From assembly GCF_001194135.2 (NCBI RefSeq), contig NC_068982.1, positions 117,220,692-117,284,691 on the forward strand: a DNA stretch of 64,000 nt, in the 5' to 3' direction. Shown piece by piece: positions 13,521 to 24,809 of the stretch. Made by a program: the position numbers and the translations under genes. The notes beneath the pieces were generated by a model. The model saw only the letters and a list, made by a program, of their open reading frames with translations, searched no databases and was not told the origin of the DNA. Numbering within the stretch: the stretch's first letter is position 1; every line of letters starts with the position of its first letter. This DNA comes from Octopus bimaculoides (lineage: Eukaryota).

Positions 13521-14900
13521 GTTTCCTTTATCTTTCATAAAATTAATGGATAATGGATTCGCCCATATAAGTAAAGCGCCCCCAACTTTGCTGAAGTATA
13601 TCTGTCGTGAGATGAGAAAGTTCAAAAACTATCATTATATAAGGGATGAGCGTGGAATCCATCTCTCTTTTTCAAAAAAGATTTGTTGCCCCCATCTCCC
13701 ATCTCTTTGCCTGGCTTTAACCCCAGAAGCAATATCGCAGAATATCAGCATAAGATACAAATACCACGAGCAAAATAATCGTCTATATATGAACGATTTA
13801 AAAATCTTTAGAAGTTAAACCGAACTAGAAAACATAAAATTCGTCTATACTTCTCGCAAAGATATACAGAGAAGTTTAAGACTAGACAAGTGCGTCAAAA
13901 CAAATCCAGTGATAGGAAGGAAAATTAACCAAAACCAGAATATAACAGAAGAAATAGGCGCTGAAATCAGAGAATTAGGTCAAAATCACCTGTAGAAGTA
14001 CCTAGGAATAAAGAGCTAAATCAGAATATATGGAAAGGAAATGGAAAGTAAGAAAGCTTACCTCAGAAAAGATAGACTAATATGAAATAACGAACTCCAT
14101 GCTAGAAATAAAATGGTAGATACAAATACGCTTGCATACTAGTTATAAATTACAGATTTGATACAATAAACTGAAGGTTAGATGAGTTGAAAATTTGAGT
14201 AGGAAAACCAGGAAACTACTGACTGCGTACTGAAGCTATTACCTCGAAACAGATATAGAGAAAATATACGCACGCCGTGTACAAGGTGTACTTTGCCTGA
14301 TACTAATAGGAAACTTATCTTAAATAAATACTGTTGGACAGGAAAAATACTTAGGAATAAAGAGAGCAAGACTGATAAATGTTATTACGAAACAAGAACA
14401 AAAACTTTTCTCTGTACATAAGGAAGCGATAAAATACGCACAGAAACAAACTACGCTGAACAAAAAAAAATAGATAACAACACAACAGAATGTTTAAAGA
14501 GACAAAACTGACATAAAAATAGAATTGCAAAGTATGCTACAGAAGAAAAAAGAGAAAAATCATTCCACAGCCAATACCTTGTAATTTTTCGATAGAGAAG
14601 TAAGAAAAAGTAAAAGTTAACAACGATTCATTTGTTCTAACCTAAAAGGAGTATGGAAAGTACTGATTGTCACTGCACATGTCCAGTGCCTGGGTACAAA
14701 AATTTACAAAATAACGAAAACAGAACCCAACACCAAATACCGAATATGCGCCGGTACAATGAAGAACTGAGCAATACAAATGCTGGCAGCTCAGTAATTG
14801 CAAAATTTGAACATATATGGAGACGTGATCGAATTGACAGCTAAGGCCACTGGGCGATACGCAAATATTTCGTTGTTAAATCAGACAGAATGTAGAATTT
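13521..14900 (+). mobile_element. Heavily decayed R4/Dong-type element: RT core to CCHC region
   Basis: ERGI..LCLALTP..NNRLYMNDLKIF (YMDD motif relic), then LDKC, KYLGIK, ELHARNKMVDTNTLA, RKTRKLLT and relics of the zinc knuckle and HW motif. Many stops and frameshifts. It starts directly after the tail of the preceding copy. Confidence 0.85.
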
Positions 14901-15329
14901 ATCAAAGGCGACATATGGTAGCAATCTGGTCTTAACTATCTGGTGAATGTCTATCTAAATTGACAGAGAAATGAAACCAAACCACAATCACTCTATTACC
15001 TTTACCTCCTGCTTCTGGGGAAATGCATGACAATGCACATTTTTATCACCAAAACTATGATGAACAGTTTGATCATAATTAAAAACCGCTCGCGCATGTA
15101 GTTTTGGTCATTCTTCAAGAATCTTGCTCGGTGTTACAGATAACTGCTCCCATCTTGTACGCTTTCTACCTTAAATTATTGCGCTCCAACCCATTTCCAA
15201 TTTACGCAAGAGAAGGAGCTGCCGTTTCCGATCTTAGCGATTTGTACATTATGAGGATAATTCTATTTTAATGTTTATTACCTCTTGCGGAATCGTGTGT
15301 GTGTGTGCGTGTGTGTGTGTGCGTGTGTG

Positions 15330-15363
<34 letters not shown>

Positions 15364-16113
15364 NNNNNNNNNNNNNNNNNNNNNNNNNNNNNNNNNNNNN
15401 NNNNNNNNNNNNNNNNNNNNNNNNNNNNNNNNNNNNNNNNNNNNNNNNNNNNNNNNNNNNNNNNNNNNNNNNNNNNNNNNNNNNNNNNNNNNNNNNNNNN
15501 NNNNNNNNNNNNNNNNNNNNNNNNNNNNNNNNNNNNNNNNNNNNNNNNNNNNNNNNNNNNNNNNNNNNNNNNNNNNNNNNNNNNNNNNNNNNNNNNNNNN
15601 NNNNNNNNNNNNNNNNNNNNNNNNNNNNNNNNNNNNNNNNNNNNNNNNNNNNNNNNNNNNNNNNNNNNNNNNNNNNNNNNNNNNNNNNNNNNNNNNNNNN
15701 NNNNNNNNNNNNNNNNNNNNNNNNNNNNNNNNNNNNNNNNNNNNNNNNNNNNNNNNNNNNNNNNNNNNNNNNNNNNNNNNNNNNNNNNNNNNNNNNNNNN
15801 NNNNNNNNNNNNNNNNNNNNNNNNNNNNNNNNNNNNNNNNNNNNNNNNNNNNNNNNNNNNNNNNNNNNNNNNNNNNNNNNNNNNNNNNNNNNNNNNNNNN
15901 NNNNNNNNNNNNNNNNNNNNNNNNNNNNNNNNNNNNNNNNNNNNNNNNNNNNNNNNNNNNNNNNNNNNNNNNNNNNNNNNNNNNNNNNNNNNNNNNNNNN
16001 NNNNNNNNNNNNNNNNNNNNNNNNNNNNNNNNNNNNNNNNNNNNNNNNNNNNNNNNNNNNNNNNNNNNNNNNNNNNNNNNNNNNNNNNNNNNNNNNNNNN
16101 NNNNNNNNNNNNN

Positions 16114-17547
16114 ATATTAAAGAACGGCAGCTCCCCATTATGTCGTATATGCCAACAACAAAATGAGACCATCGATCATGTTGTCTCCATGTGCAGTCTG
16201 CTTGCGTCTACAGAGTATCTCAACGGGCATGATAGAGCTGCACAATATATTCACTGGGTAATATGCAAAAATATGGACTTGTCCCATGATAAGAACTGGT
16301 GGGAACACAAACCACCCCAGTACTTGAAAATGATCACATCGCACTCCTCTGGAACTTCACCATTCAAACTGACAGAAAGATAGACGCAAATAGGCCAGAC
16401 ATCACACTGAAAGACTTCAGACAAAAATCATGCCTCCTCATTGATATGACTGTCCCAATTGATATAAATGTATCTGTCAAGACCTACCAAAAACTGAGCA
16501 AATATAAAGATCTTGAAATAGAAATTAGCAAAATGTGGAATCTGAAGACTAAAACAATACCTATTGTCATAGGTGCCCTGGGAATGACAGCGAAACGGGC
16601 TAATTACTACCTAGCTCAGATACCAGGAAACCCCAAAATGGCTGAAGTTCAANNNNNNNNNNNNNNNNNNNNNNNNNNNNNNNNNNNNNNNNNNNNNNNN
16701 NNNNNNNNNNNNNNNNNNNNNNNNNNNNNNNNNNNNNNNNNNNNNNNNNNNNNNNNNNNNNNNNNNNNNNNNNNNNNNNNNNNNNNNNNNNNNNNNNNNN
16801 NNNNNNNNNNNNNNNNNNNNNNNNNNNNNNNNNNNNNNNNNNNNNNNNNNNNNNNNNNNNNNNNNNNNNNNNNNNNNNNNNNNNNNNNNNNNNNNNNNNN
16901 NNNNNNNNNNNNNNNNNNNNNNNNNNNNNNNNNNNNNNNNNNNNNNNNNNNNNNNNNNNNNNNNNNNNNNNNNNNNNNNNNNNNNNNNNNNNNNNNNNNN
17001 NNNNNNNNNNNNNNNNNNNNNNNNNNNNNNNNNNNNNNNNNNNNNNNNNNNNNNNNNNNNNNNNNNNNNNNNNNNNNNNNNNNNNNNNNNNNNNNNNNNN
17101 NNNNNNNNNNNNNNNNNNNNNNNNNNNNNNNNNNNNNNNNNNNNNNNNNNNNNNNNNNNNNNNNNNNNNNNNNNNNNNNNNNNNNNNNNNNNNNNNNNNN
17201 NNNNNNNNNNNNNNNNNNNNNNNNNNNNNNNNNNNNNNNNNNNNNNNNNNNNNNNNNNNNNNNNNNNNNNNNNNNNNNNNNNNNNNNNNNNNNNNNNNNN
17301 NNNNNNNNNNNNNNNNNNNNNNNNNNNNNNNNNNNNNNNNNNNNNNNNNNNNNNNNNNNNNNNNNNNNNNNNNNNNNNNNNNNNNNNNNNNNNNNNNNNN
17401 NNNNNNNNNNNNNNNNNNNNNNNNNNNNNNNNNNNNNNNNNNCCCTAGGCATAACACCTACATGAACTTCTAACTTGTTGTCTCTTGAGGTCTCTGGGTG
17501 AGACTTGGATCCAACTTGTACAAATGCAAAACAAAAGTCAAACATAA
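16114..17547 (+). mobile_element. Younger R4/Dong-type element: CCHC plus RLE, N-gap, 3' UTR
   Basis: CRICQQQNETIDHVVSMC, HDRAAQYIHWVICK, LWNFTIQTDRKIDANRPDI, LLIDMTVP, KLSKYKDL, IPIVIGALG, with one frameshift near 16320. The 3' UTR after the gap runs into (TAA)n. Confidence 0.95.
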
Positions 17548-17566
17548 AATAATAATAATAATAATC

Positions 17567-17621
<55 letters not shown>

Positions 17622-17644
17622 TAATAATAATAATAATAATAATC

Positions 17645-17717
<73 letters not shown>

Positions 17718-17721
17718 TAAT
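17548..17721. repeat. (TAA)n tail/target tract
   Basis: Visible directly. Confidence 0.98.
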
Positions 17722-18740
17722 ATGCGACTGAACGTGACAGCGGCTGGACGTGTTCTTCGCTGCTCTGACCTGTCAGCAGCTGAAGACACAGAAACAGTAA
17801 TACAACCTAGCAGGACAACTGAAAAATAACTCTAAAAGACTGCAATATCTACCGTTTCCTATGAGCATTTTGAATTTCCCTCAAAATAAGTTAAGGAACA
17901 GCTTTCGAACACATAAATAATCAGCTTTAAAACCTTTAATATCTACACCTGTGAATACCTATCATTTCCTTCCCCACTGAGTATTCGAAAATGTAAACAT
18001 CCTCTTTATTCTCAGTATGTTGGAGAAGCAGGATACTGCTAATCCCTATATATTTATGATTATAAATGGCTTTACCGAAAAGGTTTTTTCATACTGACTT
18101 ACCCGGCAAAATTGTTAATTATTAATTTTATTACTAATTGACGATTCCCTGCCCTGTATATCTATATCTATATATATGTATGTATATGTTTATATATTAT
18201 TGTTTTTTTTCTGCCAATAATTACAAATAGAACATTTTGAATTGCTTCTTTTCAAGGCAACGCTCTCAGTGGCCACTGCTGATAGTAAACACATTTGACC
18301 TCTGCTAACCCAAAGGATGCGAAGATTCTTTTACCTCTATGGCTGACCTCTCCACCATCTGCCGAATCTATTTATAGACCTGTAGAATATGATCTATTCA
18401 CCAACCTACTATCTAACTATTTCCTCCAGCAACCACATATGTATGATGTCAAGTACAAGACAAAGGTTGAAAATAAATGGAAATAATAATAAGGATATTA
18501 ACAACGGTAGTGGTGGTGATGGTGATAATGATAAAAACAAATGATATGCTGCAGCAGCTAATACTAAATACTACTAATACTACAGTAATACTACAACTAC
18601 TACTATCATGATAGCAGAGGAATCTGAGACCCAAATACCACCCTTACCACTACCGCTGCTGTTGCTGCAATCACTACTGCTAATACATATAAACACAATA
18701 ATAGCAGTGATATCAGGGATGATAATGATAATAATGAAAA

Positions 18741-21217
18741 GAAACGGGTGGAGCCTACCCATAGGCTGATTAATGATGGTGCCACAATAAAAATACTGGC
18801 AATTGCACAAACTGATAATCTCTACCTCATATGAGTGACAATCAAAAAACAAAATAATGTGAATAACGGTGGTAATGAAACTGAAGCCAATGATGGTGAC
18901 AGTGCTACACCCGGTAGGCTCAGAGATTCTGGTCCGGCTCCAGCCTGTCGATATCCAGAAAGGGTCCACCACACACGGTGTAGATGGAGCAAGCAAATTA
19001 ATGCTGTGGTTATGGAGTGTTACTACCTGAGCAACTCAGTAGAGGAAAATGGTGCTCAAATTAGGGGTAACCGACAACGTATGTATGATCATTGGAGAGA
19101 AAAGGAATTGTTTCAACTCACAGAACAGAGACTATGTGATCAAGCTAGAACAATAAGAAAATTTGTTGGTTCACAGAAGTAGAGCTCGAAGCTATGAGAA
19201 GACGAGTCATGGAGACTACCAGCAGAGATAACGATGAAAATACAGTTCTTACTCATAAGAGTAATCTCATAGTACAGGAAAGGAACTGTGATGGTTTACT
19301 TGATGAGAAGCATATAGATGATCTAAAAGAAGACAATAAAACTAATAGTGACATGACAGATGAACATCAGGCGATCTACGACAGAATAAAGGCAAGACTA
19401 CAAGAGACCGATAGCGACATTATTTGCAACCTTAAAAAGGTTGATCGATGGAAATTGAAGCAAGAAGCGAAACATGTCAATGACATTCTGAAATACATCA
19501 GAACAAACTACATTACAGAAACAAATAATTTGATCAAGGCAGCAAGTATTGTTGTAGCAGAAAACGTGGGTGTTGGTGTCAAGAAAAAGAAATAAAATGG
19601 GAGTGACAAAAGAAAAGATCCATGGTGGAAAAGAAGAATCCAGTAAGGGTTAGACATGCTCTCAAAGGAAATCTCTGTGTTAGACCGAAAAGAGAAAGGC
19701 GTGCTTAAAAGCGAACAAAAATACAGGGTGCTGAAAAGGAAGTATAATATTGAAAGAAAGAGCCTCAATTTCGTATTGGAGTAACCGAAACAGCGGCTCG
19801 TTGCAAAGAAAGCAAAGATGGTAAGATACGACCAAATAATGAAGGGTTACCACCAGAATAGACTATTCAGAGTAGATCAGAAGAGATTCTATAAAGAAAT
19901 AAATGGGGAGTGAACAAATGAAAAGTTGATACCAGATAACATTGAAAGTCAAATGTTTTGGAGTGACATCTGGAGCAAAGACACGGAACACAAGAAGGAT
20001 GCTGAATGATTGCAAGAACTGAAACAAACGGTAGTCTTTCCAAAACAGCAGAACTAATTATTTCAGGTTAGGAAAGTAAAGGAAATTAGCGAAAACATGA
20101 GCAACTGGAAGGCTCAGGGAACAGATGATGTTCGTAATGCGTATAATATGATCTCACATTCTTGGATTATGTAGTGTATGAACCTCTTTGGTATTGCCTC
20201 GATGTTGAACGATTGCTTGGAAAAAGTACGGCGTATTGGAGGACGGACATACTAGTTTAGCAAAGAAGATTGGGGACAGTAGAAATTAGGAGGGGCATCT
20301 TCCATGAGGACTGGATTTTTGCACTGTGTTTGATACCACTAACACTGATTGTGAGGAAAGAAAAAGCTGGGTATGTATTCAAAGGCCGCCAACAAAAAGT
20401 CAACCATTTGTTATTCATGGGATGACCTCAAACTTTATGGTAAAGATGAAGCCCTAGTCAATTCCCTCGTTCATACGGTGTATACATTCAGTGCTGATAT
20501 AAGAATGGAGTTCGGACGGAGAAAGTGTGGTGTGTTAATATTGAAGCGAGGCAAAATCAAATGTATGGACGGGCTGACGATACCGTCGTGGGAGGAGATT
20601 CTGAAGCAGATAGAAGAAACGGGCTATAAGTACTTGGGGATTTAGGAAATGAATAAATTGATGGAGAAAGAAATGACAGAACAATTTAAGGAGGAATACT
20701 TGCGCAGACTGAGACTGATACTTAAGTCGTAATTAAACGGACGGAATAAGATCGAAGCTATCAACACCTGGGTGGTTTCACTCCTTAGATATGGAGCAGA
20801 GGTTATCGCATGGACAGTAGACGAAATAAACAGCTTAGACAGAAAGACAAGGACGTTTCTAACTAGATATCGAATAAGAGAGACACATAATTTGAGATCA
20901 TTGATGCAGCCATACCAAATGACACGAATCCTGTGACTAAGGATGTTGAAAAAACCACCAAGTGCTCCGAACTGAAAGTGGAAATGGCAAGACTGTATGG
21001 AATGCGAGAAGGTAATGTAAAAGTGATACCAGTGGTGATTGGAGCGTTAGGCTCAAACCCATTGAAACTTCAAGACTTCTTAAGCAAGTGGAAATCCCAT
21101 GCAAAATTGATTGGGCACAGCGCTCATTTTAAGGGAAGTATTATCTGTCTGAGGTCCTTGTGACATGACAGATGGCTCAAGACTACGGTGCATTTTTACC
21201 TACACTGTGTTACAAAG

Positions 21218-21219
<2 letters not shown>
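18741..21219 (+). mobile_element. R4/Dong-type element retaining both ends, with two internal deletions
   Basis: N-terminal RWSKQINAVVMECYYLS..RQRMYDHW..TEQRLCDQARTIRK, then [89 protein letters not shown], and the RLE end IIDAAIPND..VIPVVIGALG. A short 3' UTR runs into (TAA)n at 21220-21293. Many stops. Confidence 0.93.
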
Positions 21220-21293
<74 letters not shown>

Positions 21294-22330
21294 TGAAGAC
21301 CTCACATTCGGTTGTGTTAGATGATGAGACAGTAGGGAAATTGAAAACATCACTTTCTTTTTTGTTAAATGCTGACACGGTTATAAAAGAACTCAAGCAG
21401 GAACAAACTTACAAATAACTCTGAATAAATGAGGGCTCTGGCATTCAGCATTCAAGCATAGCAGAAAAATTAGAAAGGAATTTTACAGGAGCATTCGCGC
21501 TCTCTCAAAATCCGAGTTAAATGCGCGTAACAAGGTGTTAGCTATAAATTTCTTAGCAGTTCCAGTTGTTATTTACAATTTCAATGTGTTGAATTGGAAT
21601 ATGAGCGAAATAAGGAAGGTTGACAGGAAAATACATAAGCTGCTGACTTGCAATAAGATGCACTTCCAAAAGACTGATGCAGATCATTTTTAACTTCCAA
21701 AAACAAGACCAAAACTGGTGCTTAGAGAGCTCAGTAATTCCGATCACGAACAGCCAACGAAAGAGACGAACCCCACTCCACATGAAATTATATGGTTAGT
21801 TCCACCGTGAAAGTAATAATTCAAGAAAACAGGAAGCATCATGAAAATGGCTCAACATGGGTGACCTTAAAAAGAATATAGAAAGGCTAATCGTCGCGGC
21901 CCAGGATCAGGCTTTGAATACTAACTCAGTGGAGAAGCATTTATACTACAAAAGTGCAACGAATCTCTGCCGAATGTGTGGGAAGAGGGTCGAAAGCGTG
22001 ACTCATATTGTTAGTGCTTGTGAAAGTCTTGCGCAGAATGAGTACAAGCGCAGACACGACAAGGTAGCCCAAAACCTCCACTGGCTACTTTGCCGGAAGT
22101 AAGGATACTTGTCCAGACTGACAAAATTTTGAAGCACCGAAGGCCGGATGTAGTCACCTTTAGGATTGGCAAACAAGAATGCCTAATAATTGACGTGGCA
22201 ATGCCAGGAGATCAACTTATCATGAAAGAAAGAGAAAAGATCGATAAATGTGCAGACCTGAGAAGTGAGATCGCTAAAATGTGGCGGCTATGAAAGTTAA
22301 AAATAGAGGTTGTTCTATTGTCATCAGAAG
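21294..22330 (+). mobile_element. R4/Dong-type element(s): RT thumb joined to CCHC and RLE
   Basis: KSELNARNKVLAINFLAVPVVIYNFNVLNW..VDRKIHKLLT, then GDLKKNIERLIVAAQDQALNTN, CRMCGKRVESVTHIVSAC, RHDKVAQNLHWLLC, QTDKILKHRRPDV, LIIDVAMPGD. Starts immediately after the TAA tail of the previous copy; TAA tract follows at about 22358-22403. Confidence 0.9.
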
Positions 22331-22403
22331 TAAAGTTATAATGAAAAGAAAGCATATATAATAATAATAATAATAACAATAATAATAATAATAATAATAA
22401 TAA

Positions 22404-22626
22404 AATATTCAGACAAATACATAACAAAAACACCAGGACTTACAAATATATATAACATACAGAAAATTGCACTACTGGGTACTGCACACATTCTACGCAA
22501 AACACTTTCAATACAGTAAACATAAGAGCACCACAGCAAACCACAGCACATACCCAAGGCGCACAGAGCTGCGCTCGGTAGTGAAGTGAAAGCACGTTAT
22601 AAAAATAAAACTACTGAATAATAATA
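22404..22626 (+). mobile_element. Short 5'-truncated R4/Dong-type 3' end between two TAA tracts
   Basis: KYITKTPGLTNIYNIQKIALLGTAHILRKTLSIQ*, the same C-terminal motif as at 13125-13175, followed by a distinct 3' UTR and aataataata running into the gap. Confidence 0.88.
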
Positions 22627-22908
22627 NNNNNNNNNNNNNNNNNNNNNNNNNNNNNNNNNNNNNNNNNNNNNNNNNNNNNNNNNNNNNNNNNNNNNNNNNN
22701 NNNNNNNNNNNNNNNNNNNNNNNNNNNNNNNNNNNNNNNNNNNNNNNNNNNNNNNNNNNNNNNNNNNNNNNNNNNNNNNNNNNNNNNNNNNNNNNNNNNN
22801 NNNNNNNNNNNNNNNNNNNNNNNNNNNNNNNNNNNNNNNNNNNNNNNNNNNNNNNNNNNNNNNNNNNNNNNNNNNNNNNNNNNNNNNNNNNNNNNNNNNN
22901 NNNNNNNN

Positions 22909-23413
22909 AATTGATTGGAAGTGTTATCATGTACTTGTTTTGTTTTAGTATAAAAGATTGGCTACAGCAAATATTCTGCTCAATACCGCAGATTTGCTTG
23001 TCAGTTGTTTGACCTTAACCAGTTGAGCATGTTCCTTGGTGGCTGACGATATGCGCATCTCTGATCACGAGCAGAAGTAGTGGGGGAGCATGATAGCCTT
23101 GTGCTGAGAGGAATTCTTTGGGGTTTGAATAATTCACCTTTGGAAACATGGGTGTTTTGCTCAACATCCTTAAATAAGCCTTATTCAGGGACCTTTTGAG
23201 CGGGATGGGCTACTCGACCTGAAGAAAATTCTAACTGGGACCCAGCTGCGACGTCATGCGCTGTTTACCTTGATATGAGATCACCATGTCGCGCACATAT
23301 GGTTGTGATGCATGTGCCTGGTGTATCCTTATCAGACGTGCAATCATGATGGGTATAATGGAATTCGTATATTTTACCCTAGTGTAACTTTGATGGCATG
23401 CACTGCTCTGTCA

Positions 23414-23418
<5 letters not shown>
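22909..23418 (+). mobile_element. Non-coding ~540-bp interspersed element, copy 1 (5' end lost in gap)
   Basis: Colinear along its whole length with 24095-24633; ends gcatgcactgctctgtcacac followed by (TAA)n. Confidence 0.85.
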
Positions 23419-23483
<65 letters not shown>

Positions 23484-23770
23484 CGTATTAACTGGAACGA
23501 CTCAATCGTGTTAACTGGAACGACTCATGTACTGAGAAGAGCATTATCGCTGTGAAAACCACATCCATTCATGAATTCTTTTTATTTATTTATTACTTTA
23601 TTTATTTTTTATTTTTAAATACATATTTTGCATGTGAATTTGAGTGTGTAAATTGGGAATGCATACAATGAGTTTCTCTGCCCTAGGTGTACGGAAAACA
23701 CTCGGCGAGTAATGGAAGAAAATTTGAAGAAAGAAGAAAAAAAAAACATAATAATAATAATAATAATAAT

Positions 23771-23939
23771 CCTTTCTACTTTGTTCACATTGTTTGAAAC
23801 TTTTGGAGAATCAGCTAAGCGATTACGTCGTCCCCAGTGTTTCACTAGTGCTTATTTTTTCGATGCCGAAAGGATGAAAGGTAAAATGGACCTCGGAGCA
23901 TTTTCTTCAGGGTGCTAACGATTCTACCATATCGCCGCT
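23771..23939 (-). mobile_element. SINE family A copy embedded in TAA tracts
   Basis: Reverse complement: agcggcgatatggtagaatcgttagcacc...cgaggtccattttacctttcatcctttcggcatcgaaaaaataagcactag...ctggggacga. TAA repeats on both sides. Confidence 0.82.
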
Positions 23940-23940
23940 C

Positions 23941-23971
<31 letters not shown>

Positions 23972-24007
23972 TTGATGTTGATGAAAATAATAATAATAAT
24001 AATAATG

Positions 24008-24080
<73 letters not shown>

Positions 24081-24094
24081 TGATGATGATGATG

Positions 24095-24633
24095 TAAAAA
24101 TAGGCAGTGGCTCTCATGGCTTCTGATCTGAACTGACTGGAAGTGTTATCATGTACATTTTTTTTGTCTCGGTATAAAAGATGGGCTATATTAAATATCC
24201 TGCTCAATACCACAGATTTGCTTGTTGTGTGACTTTAACCAGTTGAGCATGTACCTTGTAGGCTGACGATATGTGCATCTCTGAAAACGAGCAGAAGTAT
24301 TGAGGGTGCATCATAGCCATGTGTTGAGAATAATTCTTTGGGTTTTGAATAATTCACATTTGGAAACAAAGGTATTTCGTCCATCATCCTTAAACAAACT
24401 TTATTCAGGGACCTGATGGGATGGGATACTCAACCCGAAGAAAATTCTAACTGGGCCCGAACTGCAACGTCATGTGCTGTTTATCGGGATATAAGATCAC
24501 CATGTCGTACACATGTGGTTGTGATGCATATGCCCGGTATACCCTTATCAGACGAGTGGTCATGATGTGTATATTGGGCTTCGTATAATTGTAACCCAGT
24601 GTCATTTTGATGGCATGCACTGCTCTCCCACTC
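24095..24633 (+). mobile_element. Non-coding ~540-bp interspersed element, copy 2 (apparently complete)
   Basis: Begins taaaaataggcagtggctctcatggc after a TAA/TGA tract (23940-24094) and ends gcatgcactgctctcccactc before (TAA)n at 24634-24666. Homologous to 22909-23418. Confidence 0.85.
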
Positions 24634-24666
<33 letters not shown>

Positions 24667-24809
24667 TCTATTTTTATAGCATATACGCAAGATCACACGT
24701 GCTCGGGAGCAGTGTAGCTTAAATTATTATTCGTAGTATTTCATAGACACTTAGTACTCGGAACATAGTTTAACTTTCTATATTTATTTAATTGTTATTC
24801 ATGAATATA

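Noticed and set aside
17780-17800. ctgaagacacagaaac, resembling a hammerhead core
   Set aside because: Only 4 nt lie between CUGANGA and GAAA, so stem II cannot form.
18746-18767. Possible pseudoknot or ribozyme at the 5' end of the R4-type element (gggt/accc with agccta/taggct)
   Set aside because: The helices compete for the same bases and no HDV-like P1.1, P4 or J4/2 could be placed.
24103-24624. HDV-like ribozyme in the 540-bp element, suggested by ggcagtg/cactgct pairing with a G-U first pair
   Set aside because: The sequence after the putative P1 3' strand has no GG, P4 or catalytic C strand; it runs into the TAA tail.
22909-24666. CRISPR-like or satellite interpretation of the repeated units separated by TAA tracts
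   Set aside because: The units are hundreds of bases long and are retroposon copies in eukaryotic DNA; there is no short repeat-spacer periodicity and no cas gene.
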